This document shows positions 17,253 through 25,655 of a DNA stretch of 64,000 nucleotides, piece by piece. The position numbers were made by a program, and so were the translations under genes. The DNA is from a virus (lineage: Duplodnaviria > Caudoviricetes). Numbering within the stretch: position 1 is the first letter of the stretch; every line of letters begins with the position of its first letter. The stretch lies in IMG/VR virus record IMGVR_UViG_3300034061_004620; one strand, 5' to 3'. The notes below the pieces were generated by a model. That model saw only the letters and a program-made list of their open reading frames with translations. It was not told where the DNA came from and did no database searches.

Positions 17253-18203
17253 ATGAACAAATATGAACAGCTAATAGAACACATTATAAACGATGACGAA
17301 GCGAAAGCTCGTGCATTGTTTCACGATATTGTAGTAGAAAAATCACGCGACATTTATGAAAGCCTAATGGACGAAGATTACACTGAAGAAGACATTGGTG
17401 GTAATCAAGTACAGGGTTTAGTAGATGAAATCGCTATGGACGAAACTGACGGTATCGGAGAAGGCAACGACGAAGATGACGGCGAATTAGACATGGGCGA
17501 CATGGGCGGTGATGACATGGGCGACATGGGCGACATGGGCGGCGAAGAAGACTTAGAACAAAAAGTTATGGATCTTGAGTCAGAGTTAGAAGCACTTAAG
17601 GCTGAATTTGAACAGCTGATGGGTGACGAAGGCGATGATGATATGGGCGACATGGATGACATGGGCGACATGGATGACATGGGCGACGGTGATGATGACG
17701 ACGATAACGACATGGGCGACGATGATGAATTTAAAATGATGGAAGCCGATGATGACAACGAAGAAGATGGAGAAATGACCGAAAGCCGTCGTCCTATGCA
17801 AAAAACAGCAGTTGATCTAATGCGTGAATACGTAGAGAAAATCAACACACCCAGCAACACCGAATTTACTCCAGTGGGAACCGGTGCAGGTGGCGACAAA
17901 CCAGCTGGTAACACCAAGAACCCACTTGCTGGTAAAAACGACATGGGCGGTAGCGCAGCTAATATTGCAAAAGGCGGAAATGAAAGTGCACCAGATGGTC
18001 AACGTCCGCATGGCAAAGCCGGCGGCTTTCTTAAAGGCGCACAAGAAATTGATGTAGCAAAACGCAATGTTAACAAGCCAGGCGGCAACAAAGGCGCACA
18101 AAACTGGTATAGTAACAAGGCAAAAGCTAAATCTGGTGAAGGCCAAACTACTGATGGATCAGTTCCAGTTCAGAAGAAAAGCATTGAACCAGGCGGCAAC
18201 TAA
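17253..18203 (+). CDS. Acidic prohead core protein
   Basis: Very D/E-rich with DMG repeats. Lies between portal and protease and has an AAGGAG RBS. Confidence 0.7.
   Translation: MNKYEQLIEHIINDDEAKARALFHDIVVEKSRDIYESLMDEDYTEEDIGGNQVQGLVDEIAMDETDGIGEGNDEDDGELDMGDMGGDDMGDMGDMGGEEDLEQKVMDLESELEALKAEFEQLMGDEGDDDMGDMDDMGDMDDMGDGDDDDDNDMGDDDEFKMMEADDDNEEDGEMTESRRPMQKTAVDLMREYVEKINTPSNTEFTPVGTGAGGDKPAGNTKNPLAGKNDMGGSAANIAKGGNESAPDGQRPHGKAGGFLKGAQEIDVAKRNVNKPGGNKGAQNWYSNKAKAKSGEGQTTDGSVPVQKKSIEPGGN
17490..17720 (+). repeat. GACATGGGC / GACATGGAT microrepeats encoding DMG/DMD
   Basis: Two clusters, about 17490-17545 and 17636-17720. Confidence 0.8.
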
Positions 18204-18217
18204 GTTAGGGCAATAAT

Positions 18218-18859
18218 ATGGCTTTGTACCTAAAAGAGAATCTTACTTTCGACCGAGCTCAGATAGAGGTCCTAACCGAAGACTCTACAATCGGCGAAGG
18301 TAAGAATCTATATATGAAAGGGATATTCATTGAGGGAGGCGTAAAAAATGCCAACCAACGTGTTTATCCTATTTCTGAAATTCAGAAAGCCGTAACACAA
18401 ATCAATGAACAAATTAAAACAGGACATTCTGTTTTAGGCGAAGTTGATCACCCTGATGACCTAAAGATTAATTTGGATCGTGTTAGCCACATGATTACTG
18501 AAATGTGGATGGACGGTCCTTGCGGCCACGGTAAGCTAAAAATCCTGCCAACACCCATGGGCAAGCTTGTCGAAGCAATGATTACTTCAGGCGTTAAATT
18601 AGGTGTTAGTAGTCGTGGTAGTGGCGAAGTTAATGAAAGTACAGGACATGTCAGCGGTTTTGATATTATCACCGTTGACATTGTAGCACAGCCTTCGGCT
18701 CCGCATGCATATCCTAAAGCAATCTATGAGGGCTTGATGAATATGCGTCACGGACACCGAGTGTTAGATGTGGCTCGTGATGCCACACAAGATCAAAAAG
18801 TACAGAAGTACCTGAAAGAAGGCATTACACGCCTTATCAAAGACCTTAAGTTAAAATAG
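18218..18859 (+). CDS. gp21: Prohead core protease
   Basis: GIFIEGGVKNANQRVY, LGEVDHPD, LDRVSH, GVSSRGSG and PSAP motifs. Confidence 0.95.
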   Translation: MALYLKENLTFDRAQIEVLTEDSTIGEGKNLYMKGIFIEGGVKNANQRVYPISEIQKAVTQINEQIKTGHSVLGEVDHPDDLKINLDRVSHMITEMWMDGPCGHGKLKILPTPMGKLVEAMITSGVKLGVSSRGSGEVNESTGHVSGFDIITVDIVAQPSAPHAYPKAIYEGLMNMRHGHRVLDVARDATQDQKVQKYLKEGITRLIKDLKLK

Positions 18860-18869
18860 GAGAAACCTG

Positions 18870-19976
18870 ATGTTATTAGATGCTATCAAACCATTGGTAG
18901 ACAGCGGCATCATAAACGAAGATACGCAACAGGCGATCACGGAAGCGTGGGAAGCAAAGCTTCTTGAAGCTCGTGAAAGTGTTCGTGCAGAACTTCGTGA
19001 AGAATTTGCTACTCGCTATCAGCATGACAAACAAGTTATGGTTGAAGCTCTGGACAAAATGGTAACTGAATCTCTACACAGTGAACTTGAAGAGTTTGCA
19101 GCAGAGAAACAAGCATTAGCAGAAGATCGTGCGAAATTCAAAGTTCACATGATGGAAAGCAGCGAAAGGTTCAACAATTTCTTAGTTGGTAAGTTAGCCG
19201 AAGAAATTAAAGAACTACGTGAAGATCGTAAACAATATGAAAACAGTGTTAGTAAGCTTGAATCATTTGTGATCAAATCACTCGCAGAAGAAATTCAAGA
19301 GTTTGAGCAAGACAAGCAAGCAGTAGTTGAGACAAAAGTTCGTCTAATTGCTGGTGCTAAAGATAAACTTGCCGAACTGCAACAGAATTTCATTGCTCGT
19401 TCTGCAGAACTTGTTAAAGAATCAATTACCAGAAAACTGGAGTCAGAAATGACTCAACTCAAAGAAGACATCCAACTTGCTCGTGAGAACATGTTTGGTC
19501 GTCAAATCTTTGAAGCTTTTGCAAGTGAATTTGCAGTTACTCACCTAAATGAGAACAAAGAAATTCGCAAGCTACAAGCTGTTGTTGCTGCTAAAGAGCA
19601 AGCTTTACAAGAAGCACAAGCTCATGTAGAAAAAGCTGCAATGATTGTTGAATCAAAAGAAAAAGAAATTAAAGTTATTAAGGAATCAGCAGAACGCAAA
19701 GAAATACTTGCAAGTCTGTTAAAACCTTTAAACAAGGAGAAAGCTACAGTAATGAGCGAACTTCTTGAAAGTGTGCAAACTGTAAAGTTACAGAGCGCAT
19801 ACGACAAGTATCTACCAGCTGTTTTAAACAACACAGCACAGAAGCCAACACAGCAAAAAACTGTATTGTCAGAAAGCCGTGTAGAAGTAACTGGTGATAA
19901 ATCTGCTAATTCACTCGCTGTGGAAGAAAACGCCAATAACGTTTTTGAAATCAAGCGATTAGCAGGGCTAAAGTGA
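18870..19976 (+). CDS. gp22: Prohead scaffolding protein
   Basis: Glu-rich coiled-coil protein between gp21 and gp23, ending EIKRLAGLK. Confidence 0.8.
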   Translation: MLLDAIKPLVDSGIINEDTQQAITEAWEAKLLEARESVRAELREEFATRYQHDKQVMVEALDKMVTESLHSELEEFAAEKQALAEDRAKFKVHMMESSERFNNFLVGKLAEEIKELREDRKQYENSVSKLESFVIKSLAEEIQEFEQDKQAVVETKVRLIAGAKDKLAELQQNFIARSAELVKESITRKLESEMTQLKEDIQLARENMFGRQIFEAFASEFAVTHLNENKEIRKLQAVVAAKEQALQEAQAHVEKAAMIVESKEKEIKVIKESAERKEILASLLKPLNKEKATVMSELLESVQTVKLQSAYDKYLPAVLNNTAQKPTQQKTVLSESRVEVTGDKSANSLAVEENANNVFEIKRLAGLK

Positions 19977-20002
19977 ACCCTAAATAGGAGAAAAGGAAAA
20001 TT

Positions 20003-21214
20003 ATGTCACAAGCACTATTAGAAAGCCGTTGGGGCGAAACAAAAGACGCTCTGCTCGAAGGCTTAAACGGTTCGAAAAGAACCACAATGGGTGTAATTCT
20101 TGAAAATACCCGCAAGCACTTGATGGAAACTGCAACTGCAGGTGCCACTGCTGCTTCAAATGTAGCTACACTTAACCGTGTAATTCTACCAGTAATTCGT
20201 CGTGTAATGCCGACAGTTATTGCTAACGAAATCGTTGGTGTTCAGCCAATGACTGGACCTGTTGCTCAGATCCACACACTACGTGTTCGTTATGCTGACA
20301 ACACTACTGATACCACAAGTGGATACTATCCAGCAGGTGAAAACGGTAGCACAACAGCAGGCGACGAAGCACTAAGTCCGTTCAAGATTGCTGTTGCTTA
20401 TTCTGGTTTAACCAATGGTGGCACTGCTACTAACGGTAGAGCAGCTTCAACAAGCACACTTGAAGGTGTAACAGGTAACAGAATCAACGTTCAGATTCTA
20501 AAGCAAGTTGTGGAAGCCAAGACTCGTAAGTTATCAGCTCGCTGGACTTTCGAAGCTGCACAAGATGCACAAGCCATGCATGGTTTAGACATCGAAGCAG
20601 AAATCATGGCAGCTCTTGCACAAGAGATCACTGTTGAGATCGACCAAGAAATTTTAGGTTCACTACGTAGCCTTGCAGCAACTGAGTTTACATTTGACCA
20701 AGCTGCTGTTAGTGGTACTGCTACTTTCGTTGGTGACGAACACGCTGCTTTGGCTGTTCTAATCAATCGTACAGCAAACCTAATCGCTTCACGTACACGT
20801 CGTGGCGCTGGTAACTGGGCAGTTGTAAGTCCAGCAGCTCTAACTGTGTTACAGAGCGCAACAACTTCAGCATTTGCTCGTACAACTGAAGGTACATTTG
20901 AAGCACCTACTAACACTAAGTTTGTTGGTACACTAAACGGTGCAATGCGTATCTATGTTGACAGCTATGCACGCGACAGCCAGGCTGTTTTAGTTGGTTA
21001 TAAGGGTTCAAGCGAGGCTGATGCAGCCGCGTTCTACTGCCCATATATTCCTCTAATGAGTTCTGGTGTTGTGTTAGATCCAAGTACATTTGAGCCAGTA
21101 GTTGGTTTCATGACTCGTTATGGTTATATCGAGTTAACAAACACAGCGTCATCGTTTGGTAACGCTGCTGACTACCTTGGCGAAATTGCTGTTTCAAATC
21201 TATCGTTCCAGTAA
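20003..21214 (+). CDS. gp23: Major capsid protein
   Basis: VGVQPMTGP, KTRKLSARWTFEAAQDAQAMHGLDIEAE, FYCPYIPL and GFMTRYG motifs. Confidence 0.96.
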   Translation: MSQALLESRWGETKDALLEGLNGSKRTTMGVILENTRKHLMETATAGATAASNVATLNRVILPVIRRVMPTVIANEIVGVQPMTGPVAQIHTLRVRYADNTTDTTSGYYPAGENGSTTAGDEALSPFKIAVAYSGLTNGGTATNGRAASTSTLEGVTGNRINVQILKQVVEAKTRKLSARWTFEAAQDAQAMHGLDIEAEIMAALAQEITVEIDQEILGSLRSLAATEFTFDQAAVSGTATFVGDEHAALAVLINRTANLIASRTRRGAGNWAVVSPAALTVLQSATTSAFARTTEGTFEAPTNTKFVGTLNGAMRIYVDSYARDSQAVLVGYKGSSEADAAAFYCPYIPLMSSGVVLDPSTFEPVVGFMTRYGYIELTNTASSFGNAADYLGEIAVSNLSFQ

Positions 21215-21238
21215 TTTCCACTCGGGATGGGAAACATT

Positions 21239-21261
21239 AAACCGCCGCAAGGCGGTTTTTT
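21239..21261 (+). terminator. Intrinsic terminator after gp23
   Basis: AAACCGCC-GCAA-GGCGGTTT followed by a T-run. Confidence 0.9.
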
Positions 21262-21280
21262 GTTGAGTACAGTTTCTGTT

Positions 21281-21288
21281 AATAAATA
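21281..21288 (+). promoter_or_regulatory. Late promoter (AATAAATA)
   Basis: Lies directly after the gp23 terminator. Confidence 0.6.
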
Positions 21289-21345
21289 TCTTTGTAGCAA
21301 CAGCTACAGCTCGTGTTTACACACATACACACAAGGAGGAAAAAT

Positions 21346-21573
21346 ATGAGCAAAACACCATACGAGATCCGTCTCGAACTTTTACATTTGGCACAAAGTA
21401 TTTTACAAACGCCAGTCTATCAAACCCGAGAAGCAAAAATTAATGAATATCATTCTAAGTTAACTGATGCCAATCGAGGAACTCTTCCGTATCCAACTCT
21501 GCCAGATTTTCCAACCAGCACTGATATTATCAGCAAGGCCGAGGAGCTTAAGAAGTTTGTAGATCAAGCGTAA
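21346..21573 (+). CDS. Small hypothetical protein in its own transcription unit
   Basis: MSKTPYEIRLELL.... Start moved to ATG 21346, which has an AAGGAGG RBS. Confidence 0.75.
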   Translation: MSKTPYEIRLELLHLAQSILQTPVYQTREAKINEYHSKLTDANRGTLPYPTLPDFPTSTDIISKAEELKKFVDQA

Positions 21574-21576
21574 AAG

Positions 21577-21596
21577 AGCCCCGCAAGGGGCTTTTT
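21577..21596 (+). terminator. Intrinsic terminator
   Basis: AGCCCC-GCAA-GGGGCT-TTTT. Confidence 0.9.
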
Positions 21597-21607
21597 GTTA
21601 TCCGTAC

Positions 21608-21615
21608 TATAAATA
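21608..21615 (+). promoter_or_regulatory. Late promoter (TATAAATA)
   Basis: Exact T4 late consensus. Confidence 0.7.
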
Positions 21616-21620
21616 TACTT

Positions 21621-21664
21621 GTTCATAAGAACTTATGCGGAGCCAACCGCGTAGGCCTGGAACG
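21621..21664 (+). ncRNA. Putative structured 5' leader (multi-stem RNA)
   Basis: GTTC/GAAC closes ATAAG-AA-CTTAT and GCGG-AGCCAA-CCGC. It begins at the expected late start site. Confidence 0.4.
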
Positions 21665-21686
21665 CCAATTTTAAGGAGACAACAAA

Positions 21687-22178
21687 ATGGCACGTGGTTT
21701 AAAAATCAGTCACGAAAGAAGTGACGGCACATTAGTAGATCAAGAAGTTAGTACAACAATTAGTTCAATTGGTGGCACCGGCGGCATACCGCAATGGGTT
21801 ACCGTACAAGGTGTAAAAACTGTAAAAGTACAATATAGAACAGATGCAGGGATCCTTCATGCAAATGCTTACATTATTGCTCAAAAAGGTTCCAAGCAAT
21901 TTTTAGTAGCAAACGCAACCGGTGCAGTAAACGGCGCAACACACAGTAATGCAAGTGTAACCGTAGGTACTTTAACCGCAGGCGCTGATGCTGCTAACGC
22001 AACTCCAGCAACAGGATCAAGCACTATGACTGTAACTGGATATAATACAAGTAACACTCGTTTTTATGTAAGCAGAATTTCCAACAAGTATGTTTGGGAT
22101 CAAAGCAACAACAGGTATCGCTGGAGAACAAGCGATAGTGTTGCTACATCCACATTTGCCAACGTTGAATGTCATTGA
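21687..22178 (+). CDS. Hypothetical virion protein
   Basis: AAGGAG RBS, late promoter and its own terminator. T/S/A-rich. Confidence 0.7.
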   Translation: MARGLKISHERSDGTLVDQEVSTTISSIGGTGGIPQWVTVQGVKTVKVQYRTDAGILHANAYIIAQKGSKQFLVANATGAVNGATHSNASVTVGTLTAGADAANATPATGSSTMTVTGYNTSNTRFYVSRISNKYVWDQSNNRYRWRTSDSVATSTFANVECH

Positions 22179-22195
22179 TCAAAATGTTGTAAAAG

Positions 22196-22220
22196 AAACC
22201 CGCCAATGGCGGGTTTTTTT
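22196..22220 (+). terminator. Intrinsic terminator
   Basis: AAACCCGCC-AAT-GGCGGGTTT-TTTT. Confidence 0.9.
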
Positions 22221-22244
22221 ATGGAAACACAAACTATTTCTCAG

Positions 22245-22252
22245 CATAAATA
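22245..22252 (+). promoter_or_regulatory. Late promoter (CATAAATA)
   Basis: Heads the fibre gene block. Confidence 0.6.
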
Positions 22253-22273
22253 CACTGAATAAGGATAGTATAA

Positions 22274-22915
22274 ATGCCTTCTGTACAAAATTTTAATACA
22301 GATTTATTAATTAGCACTCAGGTAAATCCAGCAGCGGATATTACATTAGCTACCCGTACGGTTTTTATTGACGGAAATCTTCAAGTTGGCGGAAACACTA
22401 CCACTGTAACTAAAACTGAATTGGAAGTTAGCGACAATATAATCACCATTAACAAAGGTGGTGGCGGCGCAAGTGGTGTGGTTTTGGGTACAGCCGGTAT
22501 TGAAATTGATAGAAAAAACAGTGCAGGATCAGGACTTGCAAATGTATCAATACGTTGGAATGAAACGTTTGATAAATGGCAGCTGACAACAGATGGCACA
22601 ACTTACGGTAATATTGGATCAAGTTCGGGTTCAGGAGCCAGCGCAGTGGCTGATGATCCTAACCCAAGCTTAGGTGGTAATCTCAACACGTTGGCAAGGA
22701 CAATTTATAGTGGTAATGTTGCTGTAGTCACTTTTGATAGTAATTTATCAGTAAAAAATACCGCAGTGGTTCCCAGTGCCATAGCAGGCTACAATGTCAT
22801 ATATTCACAGACTCCCAATGCAGGAGGTTCTGGCTTATATGTAACCAATACCACAAATACAAATAGAGAACTTGCCAGTGTTAAAAAAGCAATTGTATAC
22901 TCACTGGTATTATAA
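22274..22915 (+). CDS. Virion fibre/structural protein
   Basis: IDGNLQVGGNTTTV...LEVSDNIITINKG module, which recurs in other fibre genes here. Confidence 0.7.
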   Translation: MPSVQNFNTDLLISTQVNPAADITLATRTVFIDGNLQVGGNTTTVTKTELEVSDNIITINKGGGGASGVVLGTAGIEIDRKNSAGSGLANVSIRWNETFDKWQLTTDGTTYGNIGSSSGSGASAVADDPNPSLGGNLNTLARTIYSGNVAVVTFDSNLSVKNTAVVPSAIAGYNVIYSQTPNAGGSGLYVTNTTNTNRELASVKKAIVYSLVL

Positions 22916-22924
22916 GGAATAAAA

Positions 22925-23248
22925 ATGGCAATTCATAATAGCGTTTTATTAGATTCAGGACAAGCAGCAGCAAATGTATTTGCTTGTGCTTCAACCAATG
23001 GTGATGCAATTACTACAATGTATTTTTGTAATCGTAACGGTTCAACAACCACATTTAATTTATATGTAGTACCAGCTGGATTTGAAGCTAACTCAAACAA
23101 TATTGCATATACTAATAAAACAATTACAGCCGGCGACACTTATATTATAGATTGGGAAAAATTAGTGTTAGGCCCCGGTGATAGCATCAGAGCTAATGCT
23201 AATGTAGGTAATGCAATTGTAGCGACCGTAAGTACCATAGGCTTATAA
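22925..23248 (+). CDS. Small virion structural protein
   Basis: 107-aa beta-rich ORF in the fibre block, with an AAGGA RBS. Confidence 0.65.
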   Translation: MAIHNSVLLDSGQAAANVFACASTNGDAITTMYFCNRNGSTTTFNLYVVPAGFEANSNNIAYTNKTITAGDTYIIDWEKLVLGPGDSIRANANVGNAIVATVSTIGL

Positions 23249-23250
23249 CA

Positions 23251-23673
23251 ATGGGAAGATATTTAAAAAATACTCAACTTGAAGGAGGCAGCTATGCAGT
23301 TCAACTGCCGCTTGGTAGTAGCAGCGTAGGCCCAGATGTACCTATAAACGGCCAGATAAGATTTAACACATCTAACAACAAGGTAGAATTATTTTTTGCT
23401 GGGGTTTGGAATCAAGTGGCAAAAATTGGATCTGTCAATATTGTTGTTGATGAATTTACCGGCGACGGAGTTACAACTAACTTTACTATGAGTCAGTCTG
23501 AAAGTTCAGACAATGCTGTATTAGTATCAATTGGCGGAGTTTATCAACAACCTACTACAGCGTACACAGTATCGGCAACCACAATCAGTTTTACCAGCCC
23601 CCCGCCTGCACCAGGGATAAACCCAAACAAAATTGTTGTTGTTCATAATTTAAACAGCACAAACGCTGCATAA
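23251..23673 (+). CDS. Small virion structural protein
   Basis: GQIRFNTS motif plus the GDGVTTNFT...VSIGGVYQQP module. Confidence 0.65.
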   Translation: MGRYLKNTQLEGGSYAVQLPLGSSSVGPDVPINGQIRFNTSNNKVELFFAGVWNQVAKIGSVNIVVDEFTGDGVTTNFTMSQSESSDNAVLVSIGGVYQQPTTAYTVSATTISFTSPPPAPGINPNKIVVVHNLNSTNAA

Positions 23674-23681
23674 GGAACACA

Positions 23682-25589
23682 ATGGCAATTGGGCGTATAT
23701 CCGGACCAATGCTGTTTAGCAACCTTGAACGACAAGGTGTTGATCTTGCATTTCAATCAAATCTTCTTTATCTGGATGTTAACAACCTAAGAGTAGGTGT
23801 TCTTAATGCCAGTCCGCAATATGTATTTGACAGTTCTGGAAATGTCAAGATGGCAAATATTGTCATACTTGGTAATACTATAACAAGTAATACCGGTGTT
23901 ATTAATCTTGGCAGCACGTCTAATATTGTAATTACCGGTGGATCTTCAAACAATGTTTTATACACAGATGGTTTAGGTAATCTACGATGGGGACAGATTA
24001 GTGAACTTGATATTACCTATGACAATTTTACGGTAACAACCGGCAACGCAGGTGTATGGTATGCTACAACGCTAAATTCAACTACAGCAAATGTATCAGA
24101 CACACTATATACAGGAAATTTTAATACTGCTAATGCAGTAATTTCTGGTGGCTACATCAATAACTTAGCCAATCTTACAGCGACCACTGCACAAGTTAAT
24201 AATCTAAGTTCTGCTAATGCAGTAATTTCTGGTGGTTATATTAATAGTCTATCTAATCTTACAGCGACCACTGCACAAGTTAATAATCTAAGTTCTGCTA
24301 ATGCAGTAATTTCTGGTGGTTATATTAATAGTCTATCTAATCTTACAGCGACAACAAGTAATGTAGGTGATTTATATGTAACTACACTTAATGCAACTTC
24401 GGCAAACATATCAGGGTCGTTGTTTACTTCAAATTTATATACCGCTAATGCAGTAATTAGCGGCGGATATTTTGATGGATTATCTAATATTACAGTAAAC
24501 ACCGGAAACTCGAGCGCATGGTACACTACAGTTATAAACTCGTCCAGTGCCAACATAGCGACAGGAAATATAACTAATTTTAGCACAGCCAATGCAGTAA
24601 TCACTGGTGGATATTTTACAGAGATATCCAACATAACATCCAGCACAGGAAATGTTAGTAGTTGGTACGCAACAACTTTAAATTCAACAACAGCAAACAT
24701 AACTTCGGCCACTGTTACAAATTTGAGTACGTCAAATATTATAATTGGAGGAGGTAATGTCACCGCCAATTTGACAGGAAACATTTCGGGCACCAATGCA
24801 ACGTTTACAGGAAATATTGATGCCAGCTGGTTTGTTGGAAATGTACAAGGCACAACGGGTAATTTTGGTAATATAAATGTTTCGTCAAATATCAATGTTA
24901 CCGGCACTGTAACTGCTACAGGTAACATTGTTGCTCAAAAAATTACCAGCTCAACTGGCGATTTGCATATAAGTGCGGCAACAAATAATCCTAATAACAT
25001 CATAAGATTTGACAGCGTGAGCGCATTTGATATACCGTCGGGCACCACAGCAGAAAGACCACCAAATCCAGATTATGGATATGTTAGGTACAATACCGAC
25101 CTTGGATCAATCGAATGGTGGGGCGGATCAAGTTGGGTAGCTGGAGCAAACTTAATTAGTACTCAACAAATTGTGCCCGACGGTCTCAACACTGTTTATA
25201 CTCTTACACAAGCCACAGTAGAAAATGCTATCTTGGTCAATATCAATGGTACAATTCAACAAGCCGGAGCTGGAGCCTATAGTGTAAGTGGCAATCAAAT
25301 CACGTTTTCAGAATTACCATTAGTCACTGATATTATTGAAATAAGATATTTGGCCTCTGGTGTGGCGGCACTCACAGTTAATTTTGCAAATATTGCCAGC
25401 AACGTAAGTCCTGCTGCAAATGTAACCTACGATCTTGGGTCTATAAACAATCAATGGGCTAATTTACATGTCGGCGGAAACGTAAATCTTAGTTCCACTA
25501 CAGGAACACCAAGCAATACTGCAAGTCCAGCAAGCTGGCTAAAAATTTACGTAAGCGGCACGCAATATTTCCTTCCTTTGTATCAATAG
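23682..25589 (+). CDS. Tail fibre-like protein with 28-aa repeats
   Basis: N/T/S-rich, with NAVISGGY repeats and P.GTTAERP...G..RYNT. Confidence 0.75.
   Translation: MAIGRISGPMLFSNLERQGVDLAFQSNLLYLDVNNLRVGVLNASPQYVFDSSGNVKMANIVILGNTITSNTGVINLGSTSNIVITGGSSNNVLYTDGLGNLRWGQISELDITYDNFTVTTGNAGVWYATTLNSTTANVSDTLYTGNFNTANAVISGGYINNLANLTATTAQVNNLSSANAVISGGYINSLSNLTATTAQVNNLSSANAVISGGYINSLSNLTATTSNVGDLYVTTLNATSANISGSLFTSNLYTANAVISGGYFDGLSNITVNTGNSSAWYTTVINSSSANIATGNITNFSTANAVITGGYFTEISNITSSTGNVSSWYATTLNSTTANITSATVTNLSTSNIIIGGGNVTANLTGNISGTNATFTGNIDASWFVGNVQGTTGNFGNINVSSNINVTGTVTATGNIVAQKITSSTGDLHISAATNNPNNIIRFDSVSAFDIPSGTTAERPPNPDYGYVRYNTDLGSIEWWGGSSWVAGANLISTQQIVPDGLNTVYTLTQATVENAILVNINGTIQQAGAGAYSVSGNQITFSELPLVTDIIEIRYLASGVAALTVNFANIASNVSPAANVTYDLGSINNQWANLHVGGNVNLSSTTGTPSNTASPASWLKIYVSGTQYFLPLYQ
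24171..24352 (+). repeat. Exact 84-bp tandem duplication (2 copies plus a partial third)
   Basis: AATCTTACAGCGAC starts at 24171, 24255 and 24339. Confidence 0.9.
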
Positions 25590-25615
25590 TAGCCAATCAA
25601 TAACATTGTTCTTTT

Positions 25616-25623
25616 GGTAAATA
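25616..25623 (+). promoter_or_regulatory. Late promoter (GGTAAATA)
   Basis: NNTAAATA motif upstream of ATG 25656. Confidence 0.6.
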
Positions 25624-25655
25624 CTACAATTACAGTATAAACCAAGGACTTTGCG

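Noticed and set aside
17405-17944. Ser/Pro/Met-rich antisense ORF
   Set aside because: Mirror of the DMG repeats of the core protein.
24126-24352. CRISPR-like appearance of the tandem repeats here and at 58445
   Set aside because: No unique spacers. The periods are multiples of 3 and in frame within CDSs, and no cas genes are present.
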